This document shows positions 38,902 to 52,610 of a stretch of DNA of 64,000 bases, in pieces. The stretch covers positions 8,246,001 through 8,310,000 of the forward strand of contig NC_042998.1 of the NCBI RefSeq assembly GCF_006345805.1, read 5' to 3'. Both the position numbers and the translations under genes were made by a program. Under the pieces are notes generated by a model. The model worked only from the letters and a program-made list of their open reading frames with translations, ran no database searches and was not told where the DNA came from. Within the stretch, counting starts at the first letter, position 1, and every line of letters begins with the position of its first letter. Source of the DNA: Octopus sinensis (Eukaryota).

Positions 38902-39277
38902 CCTGTGTGTGTGTGTTTATGTATTTCTATATATAAAATTGCGAGTATATTTCTACGTGTAATTCAACTCCTCTACTCATCTTTATCTTTAATGTATATT
39001 TTGACTAACACAAGAAGTCTTTTGTCAGCCCACAGCAAAGCACTTCAAGCGAATTAAACAGGCATTCGTCGATTATTCCGTACTTTTATGAAATGTATCT
39101 TCTATTTGTAGTTACCAGTAAACACAGTTGACAAAACCCTAGAGCAGAACATTTCTCAGCGCGAAATCTGACGCTCTATCGACACGGCTTTTTCTGGTTC
39201 CCCAGAGAGCTACATTAACAGAATATCACCTGTACTCTACTGCAAGGTGATAGTTCGAAAGAAAGGCGACAGAGTTC

Positions 39278-39676
39278 GGATCTTTTCGGTTTGAACGGCG
39301 GTTTTTAACATAATTTCTAGGTAACTAAAAAAGTTTAAACTTCGTATACTGGTAGAATGTGTTCTCTTGGCTTTATTGAGAAAATTCTATAGTTTGTAAG
39401 ATATTTGTTGTTTTTTTCTTCAATTTCTGCAATTTCAACCACTCACTGACGTCTATTGAGGTGAAAACATTCTGTGTCGTATGAATATGTCCCTCGTTTA
39501 AGAAACAGATTGGGTTTATTTACATTTGTGAAGAAAAAAAGATATCCTTTCCCCCACCCCTAACCCTAACCCTAAAATAGATTGAAATGCAATAGATCGA
39601 TACTAGGGTCATAATTATGGGTGACAATTTCATATGACACCGCTAGAAAAAGCTGCCGTTCAAACCGAAAAGATCC
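39278..39676. mobile_element. Non-autonomous DNA transposon (MITE), ~29-bp TIRs, 8-bp TSD
   Basis: GGATCTTTTCGGTTTGAACGGCgGtTTTT / AAAAAgCtGCCGTTCAAACCGAAAAGATCC; TSD CAGAGTTC at 39270-39277 and 39677-39684. Confidence 0.9.
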
Positions 39677-40823
39677 CAGAGTTCAAATAAAGAATGCTCA
39701 ATAATTTCGGTACCCATCCTTATGATGTCAGTATATTTGCTACTTGGAGGATTAAAAATGACACGAATTTATTGTTTGTGATATGATTAGGAAGCTGAGA
39801 ATTATTTAATCTCAGAATCATTCTACTTTTTCTCATCAATATATGTATGTTCTCTATTGGGCAAGTCATTGAAGACACTTCTATCTCAGAAACAACTTTC
39901 AAGTTGTCTCCCGTATCATCAGGGCGATGTGAGATTTTATTTATTTTCCCACCTCATATTATATTGTAATTCGCAGATTTTTGGTGGTCCGAGTATCAAA
40001 TATACTGATATCCGCTTACTTTTTGTGTAAAATAAACACTGCCAGACATAGCAGTGACATTGCGTAGAAAGCTGTCGATATTAAACAGGTTATGAAATAC
40101 GATAGTACTGTGTCTCGCAACCACACCTGTTTTACTTTAATCTATTGCCGATTACATACTATTGAATAAAGGTGTAACTACGTACGTATGTATATATTTA
40201 AGTGTGTGTGTGTGTGTAAGTGTGTGTAGATAGATAGCTAGCTAGATAGACAGACAGACACATACATACATACATACATACATACATACATGAAAGTTTT
40301 TCCTTACAACTGCCAAGGTTTTTAAATATGTGCGTGGATTTGTGAGGGCATGTTTGTAGACACATATTTACATTTATTTGATGTGAGTGCATATTCCTTT
40401 AGTGTGCACGCCTATGTTTTTTATCACTTTTAATCTATGTGTATGTGCGTGTGTGTCTATGTGTGTGTGCATCTGTGTATGTTCATTTGTGTGAGCTATA
40501 TGTAGACGTGATTGTGGGCATATGTGTATTCCAGGGAATTCAAATGGATAGTCCATGTAAGGTTTTACATAACTCTCTTGTAGCACAAATCGATTGTACT
40601 TGGACGATACGAGCCTATAACCCTTCTACTTGTATGCATATAAGTATATGTATGCATGTATGTATGTATGTATGTATGTATCTTCCAGTTCGTTACATTT
40701 TGTGTTCTAAATCCAGTCGAGATCAACTTTTCCTTTCATTAATGTCAATAAAATAACTACCAGTCAAATACTGGAACCGATGGCCTCGACTAACTTCCTT
40801 CCCCTAAATTTGCTGTCTTTGCG

Positions 40824-40865
<42 letters not shown>

Positions 40866-40932
40866 ACACACACACACACACACATACATACATACATACA
40901 TACAAATGCATGTATGTATGTATGTATGTATG

Positions 40933-40963
<31 letters not shown>

Positions 40964-41423
40964 GTATGTTAGGTTCCTCTTAGTGCTACTGGTAACGTAA
41001 CTCAGTACACAACCTGTCTCATGGTTGAGCTATCGGCAACTAAACTGCCAACCCTACAAAGCCTTCTTGCTAACGATGGTGGTTTTCGAGGGGCACCTTA
41101 CAGGATGAACAACAAAACTTGTCAAAGGAAAATCTCGACACAGTCAACAGCAATTCAACAGCTGAGAGTGAGAGATCTTCAGTCTGTGTAAAGACATCTC
41201 CGAAATAACTCCCGCATCATTGCGAAGCCGAAGATCTTGCTCAAGACTAGTTGGTTGTTTTGTTGAAAGTCTTAACTATGTTGTACAAGCTATGTTCAAC
41301 TTTAAATTCCAGTGCGAGCATTGCTGACGGCCATTGTCTCTGACATCCAGGATAAAATTATTCGTCATTGACGGTCACAACTGTTGTCGAGTTGGCAACC
41401 ACCTTATATGTATGCATCTGTGC

Positions 41424-41456
<33 letters not shown>

Positions 41457-42784
41457 TGTATGTATGAGAGTAGCTATGCATGTATGTATGTATGTATGTC
41501 ATTATTCAGTTTATTTCAAGATTTCTTGCCAGTTGAGAAAGAGCCGGTTTCTAACCTAGATCCAAGGTTTCTCGATTGAAATTTCAACATAAACAGGATA
41601 TTTTTGCATGAATGTATGTATATTTGCAGTATTTAGAGTTAGCGAATGCGCAGATTTGTATGTTTTGTTTTATGTATGTATTCTTATGCATACAGGTGCA
41701 TGTCTAAACATGTGCATATATATATATATATATATATAGGTATATATATATATATAGGTATAAAAATTATATATAAAGAAACAAGAACGTGAAATACACA
41801 AAGGGATGAACACAGAAAACGGACGGGTCATTCGAAGCCTTTAATCTTCAGTCAGGAACCGGATCATCATAGCAAATTTCGGTTGATTAATCCTGATATT
41901 GCTCCGATCCGGCCAGCCCCAATGAAAAACTAATCTGCGAGCATTAGATTTCTTGGAAAAAGGATCAAATGTAAATGAAACAAGGACAGAAAAACGGACG
42001 AAGCTACACGAATATAAATACAAAAAACGAAAACAAAAATAAAAATAAAAACAAGAATGGTAATAACAAGATAACATCAGGTGTCTTACGACTTTAGACA
42101 AATTGAGACAAATTGAACTTATCTAGCAGGCGTGTTTGGAAAAATTGCCTTTTCGGCAGACGGGAACGATGTTGAACGGGCTATACTTCTATGTAAGTAT
42201 ATGTATGTATGTATGTGTGTATGTATGTATGTATGTATGTATGTATGTATGTATGTATGTATGTATGTATGTACGTACGTACGTATGTATGTGTGTATGT
42301 ATGTATGGAGGCATATATTTACATGTGTATTTCCGGAATACGAATAAAGTTTCATGAAGATCTACGATCATTAAGAAAGATATTGTATAGGTGAACAGAA
42401 AATCTACGAGTAGTTGAGGAAAGTAATGCGTAATATCTTATGCAGTAAAACCTTGTAAAATTACTACTGACATATAGCAGGTAATTCTACATTATTTATT
42501 AAAGTGTTCAAATATTTTTGTTCTGTTAAGTACCGAACCTCACACTTACGCACAGGTATGTAAATACGTACTCAGACTAACGTACATACACATGCACAAA
42601 GTAACACTAACAAACATGGGTGTGCAAATACACACACACACAGACATGCACACATACACATAAATGTACTCGCAAGGCCAACAGCGCGCTCACATATTCA
42701 AACAAAGACAGAAACATACTTTGGCACACCCACAAATACGCACATACACACATGTATATATGTCTGTGGTCTGTTGCTTGTAAG

Positions 42785-43009
42785 GGTAAAATAGAAAGAA
42801 GGAAGAAAGAAGAGAAACGAACGAAAGAAAGAAAAGAAAGAAAGAAAGAAAGAAAGAAAAGAAAGGGGAGAAAGGAAGAAAGAAAGAAAGAAAGAAAGAA
42901 AGGGGAGAAAGGAAGAAAGAAAGAAAGAAAGGAAGAAATAAGGAAAGGAAGAAAGAAGGAAAGGAAGAAAGAAAGAAAGAAAGAAAGAAGGAAAGAAAGA
43001 AAGAGGAAG

Positions 43010-43040
<31 letters not shown>

Positions 43041-43055
43041 GAAGGAAGAAAGAAA

Positions 43056-43087
<32 letters not shown>

Positions 43088-43247
43088 GTGAGAAAGAAAG
43101 AAAGGTGAGAAAGAAAGAAAGAAGGAAAGAAAGAAAGAAAGAAAGAAAGAAAGGTGAGAAAGGAAGGAAGGAAGGAAGAAAGAAAGAAAGAAGGAAAGGA
43201 AGAAAGATAGAAAGAAAGAAGGAAAGGAAGAAAAAAGAAGAAAGGTG

Positions 43248-43278
<31 letters not shown>

Positions 43279-43308
43279 AGGAAGGGAAGAAAGAAAGAAA
43301 GAAGGAAA

Positions 43309-43342
<34 letters not shown>

Positions 43343-43362
43343 AGAAAAAAGAAAGAAAGGTG

Positions 43363-43393
<31 letters not shown>

Positions 43394-43660
43394 AGGAAGG
43401 GAAGAAAGAAAGAAAGAAGGAAAGGAAGAAAGAAAGAAAGAAAGAAAAAAAAGAAGGTGAAGAAAGAAAGAAGAAAGGTGAGAAAGAAAGAAAGAAAAAA
43501 AGAAAGAAAGAAAGAAAAAGAAAGAAGAAAGAAAGAAGGAAAGAAGAAAGATAAGAAAGGAAAAAGAGAAGAAAGAAAGAAGGAACAAGAAAAAAGAAAG
43601 GTGAGAAAGAAAGAAAGAAAGAAAGAAAGAAGGAAGGGAAGAAAGAAAGAAAGAAGGAAA

Positions 43661-43691
<31 letters not shown>

Positions 43692-43715
43692 CGGAAGAAA
43701 AAAGAAAGAAAGGTG

Positions 43716-43746
<31 letters not shown>

Positions 43747-43890
43747 AGGAAGGGAAGAAAGAAAGAAGGAAAGGAAGAAAGATAGAAAGAAAGAAGGAAA
43801 GGAAAAAAAAAAGAAAGAAAGAAAGAAAGAAGGAAAGGAAGAAAGAAAAAAGAAAGAAAATAGAAAGAAAGAAAGAAAGAAGAGAAAAAG
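42785..43890 (+). repeat. ~1.1-kb purine-only (GAAA)n-derived low-complexity tract
   Basis: Almost exclusively A/G on + with a recurring aaaggtgagaaagaaa subunit. Confidence 0.97.
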
Positions 43891-44231
43891 CAACAATGAA
43901 TGAATGTATATATATATGAATAAAAGGGAAGAGACATGCGATAAATACTATTTTTTCAGTCGTTTAACTCGTCCGTCCAAGCGCAGGCAATTCAAAGATT
44001 GAATGAGAGTAGTTACATAATGAAAGGATGAACTGAAAAAAAAGGTTGCCCGAGCGTGAAAATGTCGTGCTTAAATAATTTTCTGCAATGATAAAAAGGG
44101 AATTGAAAAAAATATCGCACATTCGCACACGATTCATATAATGTTTCAAGATAATGGAAAGTTTCATATATGAAATTTTGAAAGGTCAGGCAACAAAGTA
44201 TCAAAAGTAAACGTTGAAGCGCATGTATATA

Positions 44232-44270
<39 letters not shown>

Positions 44271-44271
44271 T

Positions 44272-44426
44272 TTATTAAAAAGCAGCAAAACTATCACAAA
44301 AAATGTCACTCAGGGTTTCACGTTCCCGTTCGTCGGACGACAGTTTTCTAAACAAAACTGTTTGACGAACGGGAACGTGAAACTCTGAGTAACAGTTTTT
44401 GTAACATTTTTGCTACTTTTTAATAA
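44272..44426. repeat. Fold-back element made of two divergent HHR copies (PLE pLTR-derived)
   Basis: Arms are reverse complements. The minus-strand copy at ~44302-44347 reads CCGACGA-ACG(ggaa)CGT-GAAA-ccctgag-TG. Next to (AT)n. Confidence 0.85.
44354..44399 (+). ncRNA. Minimal type I hammerhead ribozyme motif
   Basis: aaaactgt-TTGACGA-ACG(ggaa)CGT-GAAA-CTC(t)GAG-TA-acagtttt; perfect 8-bp stem I. Confidence 0.8.
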
Positions 44427-44689
44427 TGCATATTACTCTATCTCTGGTATTCGAGTACTATTTTTGCCGCCTTATTTCGTATTTATGTGCTTACTCTTTC
44501 TTTTTATCTTTTACTTGTTTCAGTCATTAGACTGCAGCCATGTTGTGGCACCGCCTTTGTTTATTAAAAATAAATAACAAATGAAAAATCAGATCGTAAC
44601 ATTTTTTATACATTATTCACAACAATATAAGCAATGGACTTCTATGAAAAGCAACAGCACTAGTAAAACGGTGAACATTGTTTTAGAGT

Positions 44690-45010
44690 AAATCTCATTT
44701 TGTGACCAAGACTTCCTAACACTCCTCCGAGATTTTACCTGCTTGCAGGATAGTCTCTGAACAAACCTTTCAGTTATCCTGGCAGATCAAGGCATCTTTG
44801 GTTGCTCTTTCTCTTGGGAAGTCCTCCGACTAGCAATCACTCCATTAACAGCAACCTCTTCTTTGAGAATGACTTTAATAAATTTCCAATTAGATGGATG
44901 CTGGAATCTGACATGATGATAAAACTTGTTATCTTAGTCGTGATGCAAGTTGTTGGTTCTGGGGCAGTCAGTTGTGTTAGCTAAATGTACATTTCAAAGT
45001 TCTGATGCAA
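44690..45010 (-). pseudogene. MULE (Mutator-like) transposase C-terminal remnant
   Basis: DCPRTNNLHHD*DNKFYHHVRFQHPSNWKFIKVILKEE resembles the RTNN-E-WH...HPxxWxFI motif. Confidence 0.6.
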
Positions 45011-45055
45011 TTTTGTTAAAACGCTCCGAAGATGCTGGAATTCCTACCACTATGA

Positions 45056-45092
<37 letters not shown>

Positions 45093-46236
45093 GAGAGAGT
45101 GTGAGAGGTGTTTTTCGGCTGATTCAGTGGCCTTTCAAAGAATCTCAGTGGAGATTCTTTGAAATGTAGTTTGGTTCCCCAGAATAGAGCAATTCTAAGA
45201 GACCAGCTATACTTCCGGGCGCTCCATACATTATTGGATCTGCTAGGCTTAAAGTAAAGATTTCGCTCTGTATTAGTGTTAAATACTTCTGTTCACTTTC
45301 ACCAACGCATATATCTGTGCTTATGTATGTATGTATGTATATATGTATGCATGTATGTATGTATGTATGTATTTATGTATGTATTTATGTATGTATGTAT
45401 GTGTGTATGTATGTGTGTATGTATGTATGTATGTATGTATATGAATGCACATGCATACACATACATACATTATGAAGTAACTCCGAACCCTCAGAAACAG
45501 ATGTCGGACTTGCTACATACAAACATACATACAAGCATGCACATCTGTGTTTTCGTGTGTGTATATACTTTCGTGTATGTATGCTTGTTTAGCTAAAATT
45601 ACCATTTACTCTTAAATATCTAAAAACAATTTTCATTGAAGATATCATTCTTTCACTAACGATTTTTTTTCTTATATTTTTCTTTTAAATACCTTAAATG
45701 CGATACTGTAAGCTTTCCAAGCAAATATTTCGCCATGCTTAATATTTTGACGTTGGGATCAACATTTAATTTCTCCTATGTTGTTGGTTTTGTTGTTAAT
45801 GTTCATTGGTTGGCAAATGATTATGATTGATATGTCACCTATGTCTAATATCTTTTTAATTGTTAAATATGATATAAGGGTAACTGAGTGTAAAATGTAT
45901 CTATCATGAACGCGTCAGTTACGAACCTATGAAATTCAGCAATATTATTTGAATAATAACTTAGAAAAAGCAATAAGATGACACTGCAGCTGTGGTTAAT
46001 GACACTGTAATAACGTTACCGTCAGCATAAGCTTCCATATAAAGGCTTGCTTTGGGTTACATTTTTTATGTTTGCAAATATAGGTTATTTTCGTTTTAAT
46101 ATGTGAATAATATGAGTAATACAGGCGGAGACGCGACTCTAGATTCGATCTCATTTTGAGCGGTATTGTAAGTGAATGTGTTGAAGGTAAAATTAGGTAA
46201 ACTGGACTGAAAAATTGTGGAAGATCGCCGTGTTTG

Positions 46237-46283
<47 letters not shown>

Positions 46284-46420
46284 TTGTGTGTGTGCGTGTG
46301 GTGTGTGTGTGTGTGTGTTTGTGTGTGCGTGTGTGTGTGTGTGTGTGTGTTTGTGTGTGGCGTGTGGTGTGTGTGTGTGTGTGTTTGTGTGGTGTGCGTG
46401 TGTGTGTGTGTGTGTGTGTG

Positions 46421-46856
46421 GTGGTGACGAAGGGGTGGATACAATAGTTATTGCTAATGTCGGCTGCTTTTTCATTATTTGAAATTTCAGACTGGAATAA
46501 ATTTAAAGAATAGAAATTAAACTCACTCAAGTGAGTTTCCTTTATTTTGTTTGCGCTGTTACAAGCAAAGATAATAGCATATGTGTCTGAAAGTGTATCC
46601 GTTTATATCTACATATAAGTATCATATGAATACAAACACAGACACACATGCACAAATATTTATGAATATATAAGGCAATCTTTATATCCAAATTACCGTG
46701 GAGATTTTCGTGACAACACCTGCACCCGTTGCAGATAATTATCGTCTTGCAGCCATGAATACACCATGCTTCCAAATGAGAGGTGCCCCCAAGGTAAATA
46801 ACGTAGTATTCACTGCTTTAACAAAACATCCACGTTAAGTTGCACGCAAAGATTGC
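46421..46856 (+). repeat. Local duplication unit; second copy 50306-51140 (SINE-interrupted)
   Basis: Collinear from gtggtgacgaaggggtgg to caaagattgc. Confidence 0.9.
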
Positions 46857-46946
46857 GTGTGCGTGTGTACGTGTGTATATGTATGTACGTATGAATGTAT
46901 GTATGTATTTATGAATGTAAGTATGGAGTTAGGTAGGCAGGTATGA

Positions 46947-47178
46947 AGGCGGCGAGCTGGCAGAAACGTTAGCATGCTGGGCGAAATGCTTTGTGGTATT
47001 TCGTCCTCCGCTACGTTCTGAGTTCAAATTCCGCCGAGGTCGTCGTTGCCTTTCATCCTTTCGGGGTCGATTAAATAAGTACCGGTTACGCCCTGGGGTC
47101 GATATAATCAATTTAATCCATTTGTCTGTCCTTGTTTGTCTTCTCTGTGTTTAGCCCCTTGTGGGTAGTAAAGAAATA
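46947..47178 (+). mobile_element. SINE family B (other copies: 197-420, 26399-26647, 54780-54950, 58367-58594, 60585-60750, 60790-61000, 61098-61320 on +; 1720-1840, 3790-3950, 27140-27300, 37440-37590 on -)
   Basis: Shared core string; TSD aggtaggcaggtatg for this copy. Confidence 0.85.
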
Positions 47179-47271
47179 GGTAGGCAGGTATGCCTGCATG
47201 CATACATGTATGTACGTATGTATGTAAAAATTTAAAAAACATGTATGTATTTGCTTATGTTTGTGTGCATA

Positions 47272-47302
<31 letters not shown>

Positions 47303-47863
47303 TACCCGCCTACAGTTTGTGAACCGATGTGTGTTTTATATGTCCTCTATTTTTGAGTAATACAGTACTTCGGCAAAACAGACCGATAGAATAAGCACTG
47401 GGATTTTAAAAAATATATGTACTGGGGTCGATTTATTCGACTAAGAAATTCAGAACTTCAAAGCATTGTTCCAGCATGGCCGCAGCTTAATGACTTAAAC
47501 AAGTAAAAGGTTAAAACGTAACAGAAATAGCAGCATCAATTAGAAAACTGACAACTATAACAACAAAATAGAAACAAATTCATTAGTCACGCCGTCGTCA
47601 TCATTATCACTGACAACTAACAGACAGAGTGCCAGCCATTTTTAGTAATTTTGGAGTTTCCCTACACTTCATAAGGAGATAACCGTCAAGAAAACATCTA
47701 CCTTAAGAAATGGCATTGCGTCATCTTTAAGGAATGGTATTTAACCTCCCTAAAGGAAAGCCATTACGTTTACATTAAGGAATGGCCGCCTCTATCAGGT
47801 GATGTCAGAAAGAAGGAACAGAGACAACACCAGCGCTTAAAACTGTTTTAACCTCTACCTACA

Positions 47864-48255
47864 TCTTTATATATAAAAGAGAGGTTGTGTGTCTGTCTCC
47901 TACGATTTAGATTCCTAACTACTCCCACATTTTGCGGTGCAGTTTAACCAAAACCGGATATCTTATAGTCGTGATTCATATCGAGCCCTTCTGGGTATTA
48001 GCGCGCGTCTACGATGAGTCTACGATTTTAAAAAAAATTTACCATCATTTTTTCCATTTTAATGCATTTTTTCCGCTATTATATAAGTAACTCTCTAAAA
48101 ATGTCTACGATGAGTCAACGATTTAAAAAAAAAATTACCATCATTTTTTTCCATTTTTAATGCATTTTTTTGCTATTTTTTGGCTATAACTCTCTAAAAA
48201 TGCTTATATAGTTATTTCCCTTACAAACCCGAGCAACGCCGGGCGATACTGCTAG
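47864..48255 (+). mobile_element. Non-autonomous Helitron
   Basis: 5' TCTTTATATATAAAA, 3' hairpin CCCGagcaacgcCGGG then CTAG, inserted between A and T without TSD; internal ~95-bp tandem duplication. Confidence 0.8.
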
Positions 48256-49023
48256 TCTCCAATAAAATAGAATTCCAATAAGAACACGAATATGAGAATA
48301 GTATTCTAAAAAGTTGAGAAAAGTAAAGATTTGAAAATCGTAGAATGAAAAAATAGATGAAGCAATAACTAAAAATAGTTAAGCGATTATGCTCTTTTAA
48401 TGTTAGAAAACAGCCGTTAATAGTTCAGTGAGTGCTAAAGACGAACGCTACTAAGTCGCTATATCAAAGTCACAAGCGTTGACGAGAAACAATGAAAATC
48501 GTTACAGGGCTTCGGTAGGCGTGTAATCATCTCAATTCATAATTTTATTGAAACCATTTTGTGATCTCAGTTAAAGACAAAATTCAATCCCAAGAGAATT
48601 TGAATTCAGAATGTAAATGAATTTAAAGCTAGAAGGAAATTTAGTCCAGCATTCTGCCGTTCTTCATTCTCACATTCCTTGGAGTGGTGACAATTTGACA
48701 ATTATGCTCCAGCGATGTTACGTACGACACGTGCCTCACATGTGATAACGCGCAGTTAATTTGCCAGCGTGCCTAATGATGACTTTGCACTAAATACGCA
48801 TGTTCATTACAAAGGCTCGATGCAACGAAAGATTGCAAATATTAGGATGCGAATATTAGCGGCATGAATGAATGTGTGTGCATACTTGAATGAGAGATTG
48901 CGTTTCTGCGAGTGAGCATCTATGTGAGAGTGAGTGTGTATGCGGGCGCGCGCGTTTATTTCTCTTGTTCGGGTTTTACGGGAAGAATTACGTTGATATG
49001 CATGTATGTACTTATATATATAT

Positions 49024-49066
<43 letters not shown>

Positions 49067-49635
49067 TATATATGTAATATATATATTATATATATATATA
49101 TATAATATATATAATATATATATATATATTAAACTAGAATGGAGCAATAGCGCCACCACACATATGACAATAGTGGATCCTGCAAACATAATAAATACAC
49201 AGGTAATTAAAGAAATAGAAATGAATATCTATATGTGTATGTATGTGTGTATATGTATATATATGTATATGTATATGTATATGTATGTATATATATATAT
49301 GTATATGTATATTTTTTTTTTTCGATTAGATTTATTATTATTATTATACTAATATGTTGTTATACAACATACAAGCATATATAATGATAATAATGGGTGG
49401 ATGTAAACACCTGAACAAAATTAGAACAAAAGCAACAACAACAAAACACAATACAAATTACAAGAATGTATATAACCAGAAGATACAAATATTACAGGCT
49501 CCCCCCCACACAGACACTAAATAAACATAGACGCACATAGAGATATAAGCATGCGCAAATGAAGACATACAATAGAAATACAAAATGGCTGACGGTTAGT
49601 AAGGAGAGACACAAGTAAGTGAGAAGAAAACAAAG

Positions 49636-49679
49636 GACCACTGATGCGGTCACAGGAGTGTGACGAAAGAACTTTGGCC
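49636..49679 (+). ncRNA. Solo HHR-like motif (degenerate) in a PLE-type UTR fragment
   Basis: gacca-CTGATGC-G-GTCACA(ggag)TGTGAC-GAAA-GAAC-TT-tggcc; same design as 58742-58795. Confidence 0.65.
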
Positions 49680-49728
49680 GAAATAAGATTAAGATTAATG
49701 TAAAAAATAAATATCACTGAGCAAAAAA

Positions 49729-49767
<39 letters not shown>

Positions 49768-50167
49768 ATTTATATTTATTTATATAATATATATATATAT
49801 ATATATATAAATATATATAATTATATGCGATGAATCGTGACGAGTAACAGTTTTGCAATATATAATATTTTATAAGCTTTAAGCTTATAGAATATCATTA
49901 TTATTTACAGGATGTATATATATAAGAGATAATGGTGTCATTGAGACCCAAAGGTGTTAGGTAATGCTGAATAAGTGCTATAGACAGACCATAGTTAAGT
50001 TCCAGATTCGGAAATATTACGAATAAAGGGTTCGACGTTGGTTCTATGTCAGCGTGTGTATATAAAAATTTTTTGCGTAATAAGATAAAAAAAAAACCAA
50101 GGCTGTATAGATATTAGAGCATTTGTATATATATATAAATATATAATATCTGTATAGATATTAGAGC

Positions 50168-50218
<51 letters not shown>

Positions 50219-50683
50219 TATATATTATATATATATTATACGCAAACACACACATATATATATATACTCACACCTATTGAATGTGCATAAGTTGTGTATG
50301 TATATGTGGTGACGAAGGGGTGGGTGCAATAGCTATCGCTAATGTTGGCTGCTTTTTCATTATTTGAAATTTCAGACTGGAATAAATTTAAAGAATAGAA
50401 ATTAACTCACCTAAGTAAGTTTCCTTTATTTTGTTTGCGCTGTTACAAGCAAAGATAATAGCATATCTGTGTGAAAGTGTATTAATTTATATCTACAAAT
50501 ATGCATCATATACATACAAACACAGACACACATGCACAAATATTTATAATATTTAAAGCAATCTTTATATCCAAATTACCGTGGAGATTTTCGTGACAAC
50601 ACCTGCACCCGTTGCAAATAATTATCGTCTTGCAGCCATGAATACACCATGCTTCCAAATGAGAAGTCCTCCCATGGTAAATG

Positions 50684-51069
50684 TGGAAGCACTCCGTCGG
50701 TTACGACGACGAGGGTTCCGGTTGATCCGATCAACTGAACAGCCTGCTCGTGAAATTAACGTGTAAGTGGCTGAGCACTCCACAGACACGTGTACCCTTA
50801 ACGTAGTTCTCGGGGATATCAGCGTGACACAGAGAGTGACAAGGCCGCGGCCCCTTTGAAATACAGGTACAACAGAAACAGGAAGTAAGATTGAGAGAAA
50901 GTTGTGGTGAAAGAGTACAGCAGGGATCACCACCATCCCCTGCCGGAGCCTCGTGGAGCTTTTAGGTGTGTTCGCTCAATAAATACTCACAACGCCCGGT
51001 CTGGGAATCGAAACCGCGATCCTACGACCGCGAGTCCGCTGCCCTAACCACTGAGCCATTGCGCCTCCA
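50684..51069 (-). mobile_element. SINE family C inside a local duplication
   Basis: TSD ccca(tg/aa)gtaaat; empty site at 46788-46799. Confidence 0.9.
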
Positions 51070-51677
51070 CCCCCAAAGTAAATAATGTAGTATTCACTGC
51101 TTTAACAAAACATCCACGTTAAGTTGGACTCAAAGATTGCCTTTTGGTACTCCTACTGCTTCTGCTACTGATAACTATTACATAAATCCATGCATAAACA
51201 TATACATACACACACATACATACATACACATATACACATACACACATACGTACATACATACATATATACATACATACATACATGCATACATACGTACGTA
51301 CATACATACATACACACATACACACATACACATACATACATACATACACATATACATACACGTATACACACATACACACATACACACATACGTACATACA
51401 TACATATATACACACATGCATACACACATACACATATACATACTTACACGTATACATACACACACACACACACTGTGTGCGTGTGCGTGTGTGTTTGTCA
51501 CCCTCCATCGCTTGACAACCGATGCTGGTGTGTTTCCGAAACTTAGCATTTCGGAAAAACAGAACACTAGAATTACTAGGCTTACAAAGAACGAAACCCT
51601 TTAAAGCGGTGCTCCAGCATGGCTGCGCTCAAATGACTGAAACAAGTAAAGCAATGAAAGAACATATATACATATAT

Positions 51678-51708
<31 letters not shown>

Positions 51709-52449
51709 TACACACATACGCACACAAACACACGCACACTGACACACTGACACACACACACAAACACATCAATCAATGAAAAGGTAATTCACCTCATGGA
51801 TGTCCAATGCTGTCACTCGCTCTAATTCATCAATCAATGAACAGATAAGTCACCCCATGGAGTACCCCATCGTCGAAACCATATGTAAAATTTTGTGTGC
51901 ATGTGAATGAATGTGTGTGCGTGGTGTGTGTGATATTCGAATTTTGTGTATACGTTCATAAAGTTTCTAGAGACTTCGTCTGTGTATAATAGTATTTATT
52001 TCAGTTTCGTGGAATTTTATGGAAATAAATAAATAGAAAAAAATAGAGGAACAAAATTTATTCAATTATATCAACATTCTTTAAAAGGAATGTTTGTATG
52101 TGATGCATGTTAAAAATCATTCGATATATGCACAATTGCTAAACATAATTGCATTGGCATAAGTGTTTACGTACATACATACATACATACGTACATACAT
52201 ACATACATACATACATGCATACATACATACATAAAAACATACATACATGATGGCTGCCGCCTCGTTATCGAGTATGGCCATTGCACGAAGCTTAACTGTT
52301 ATTGCTGCAGTGATCAAATGTGACCTTTTAGCCCAGTTAAAGATCTACAATGTCTTGAACAGTATTGGCAGCTAAAACCTTTACCGACAATAGCCAGCTG
52401 TAGTTGTAACTGGGCTTCATAATAATAATAATAATAATAATAATAATTG

Positions 52450-52610
52450 TGTACAGTGCTCAGGTGCACTACAACTCATCTAAAGTGTATATATAATCAG
52501 GTGTAGTTTCGACGGATTTCGGGAAGCATGAGGGCCTTAAAGGATGCAGTGTCATGGCAGTCAACAACTGATGCAGGCAGTTTATTCCACGCTTCAGCAA
52601 CCCTGAGCGT
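52450..52610 (-). mobile_element. CR1 LINE 3' terminus
   Basis: LRVAEAWNKLPASVV...TASFK followed by an (ATT)n tail. Confidence 0.7.

Noticed and set aside
42607-43937. Long ORFs of 296-429 aa (F/L/S- or K/E/R-rich)
   Set aside because: Translations of the (GAAA)n tract, stop-free only because of base composition.
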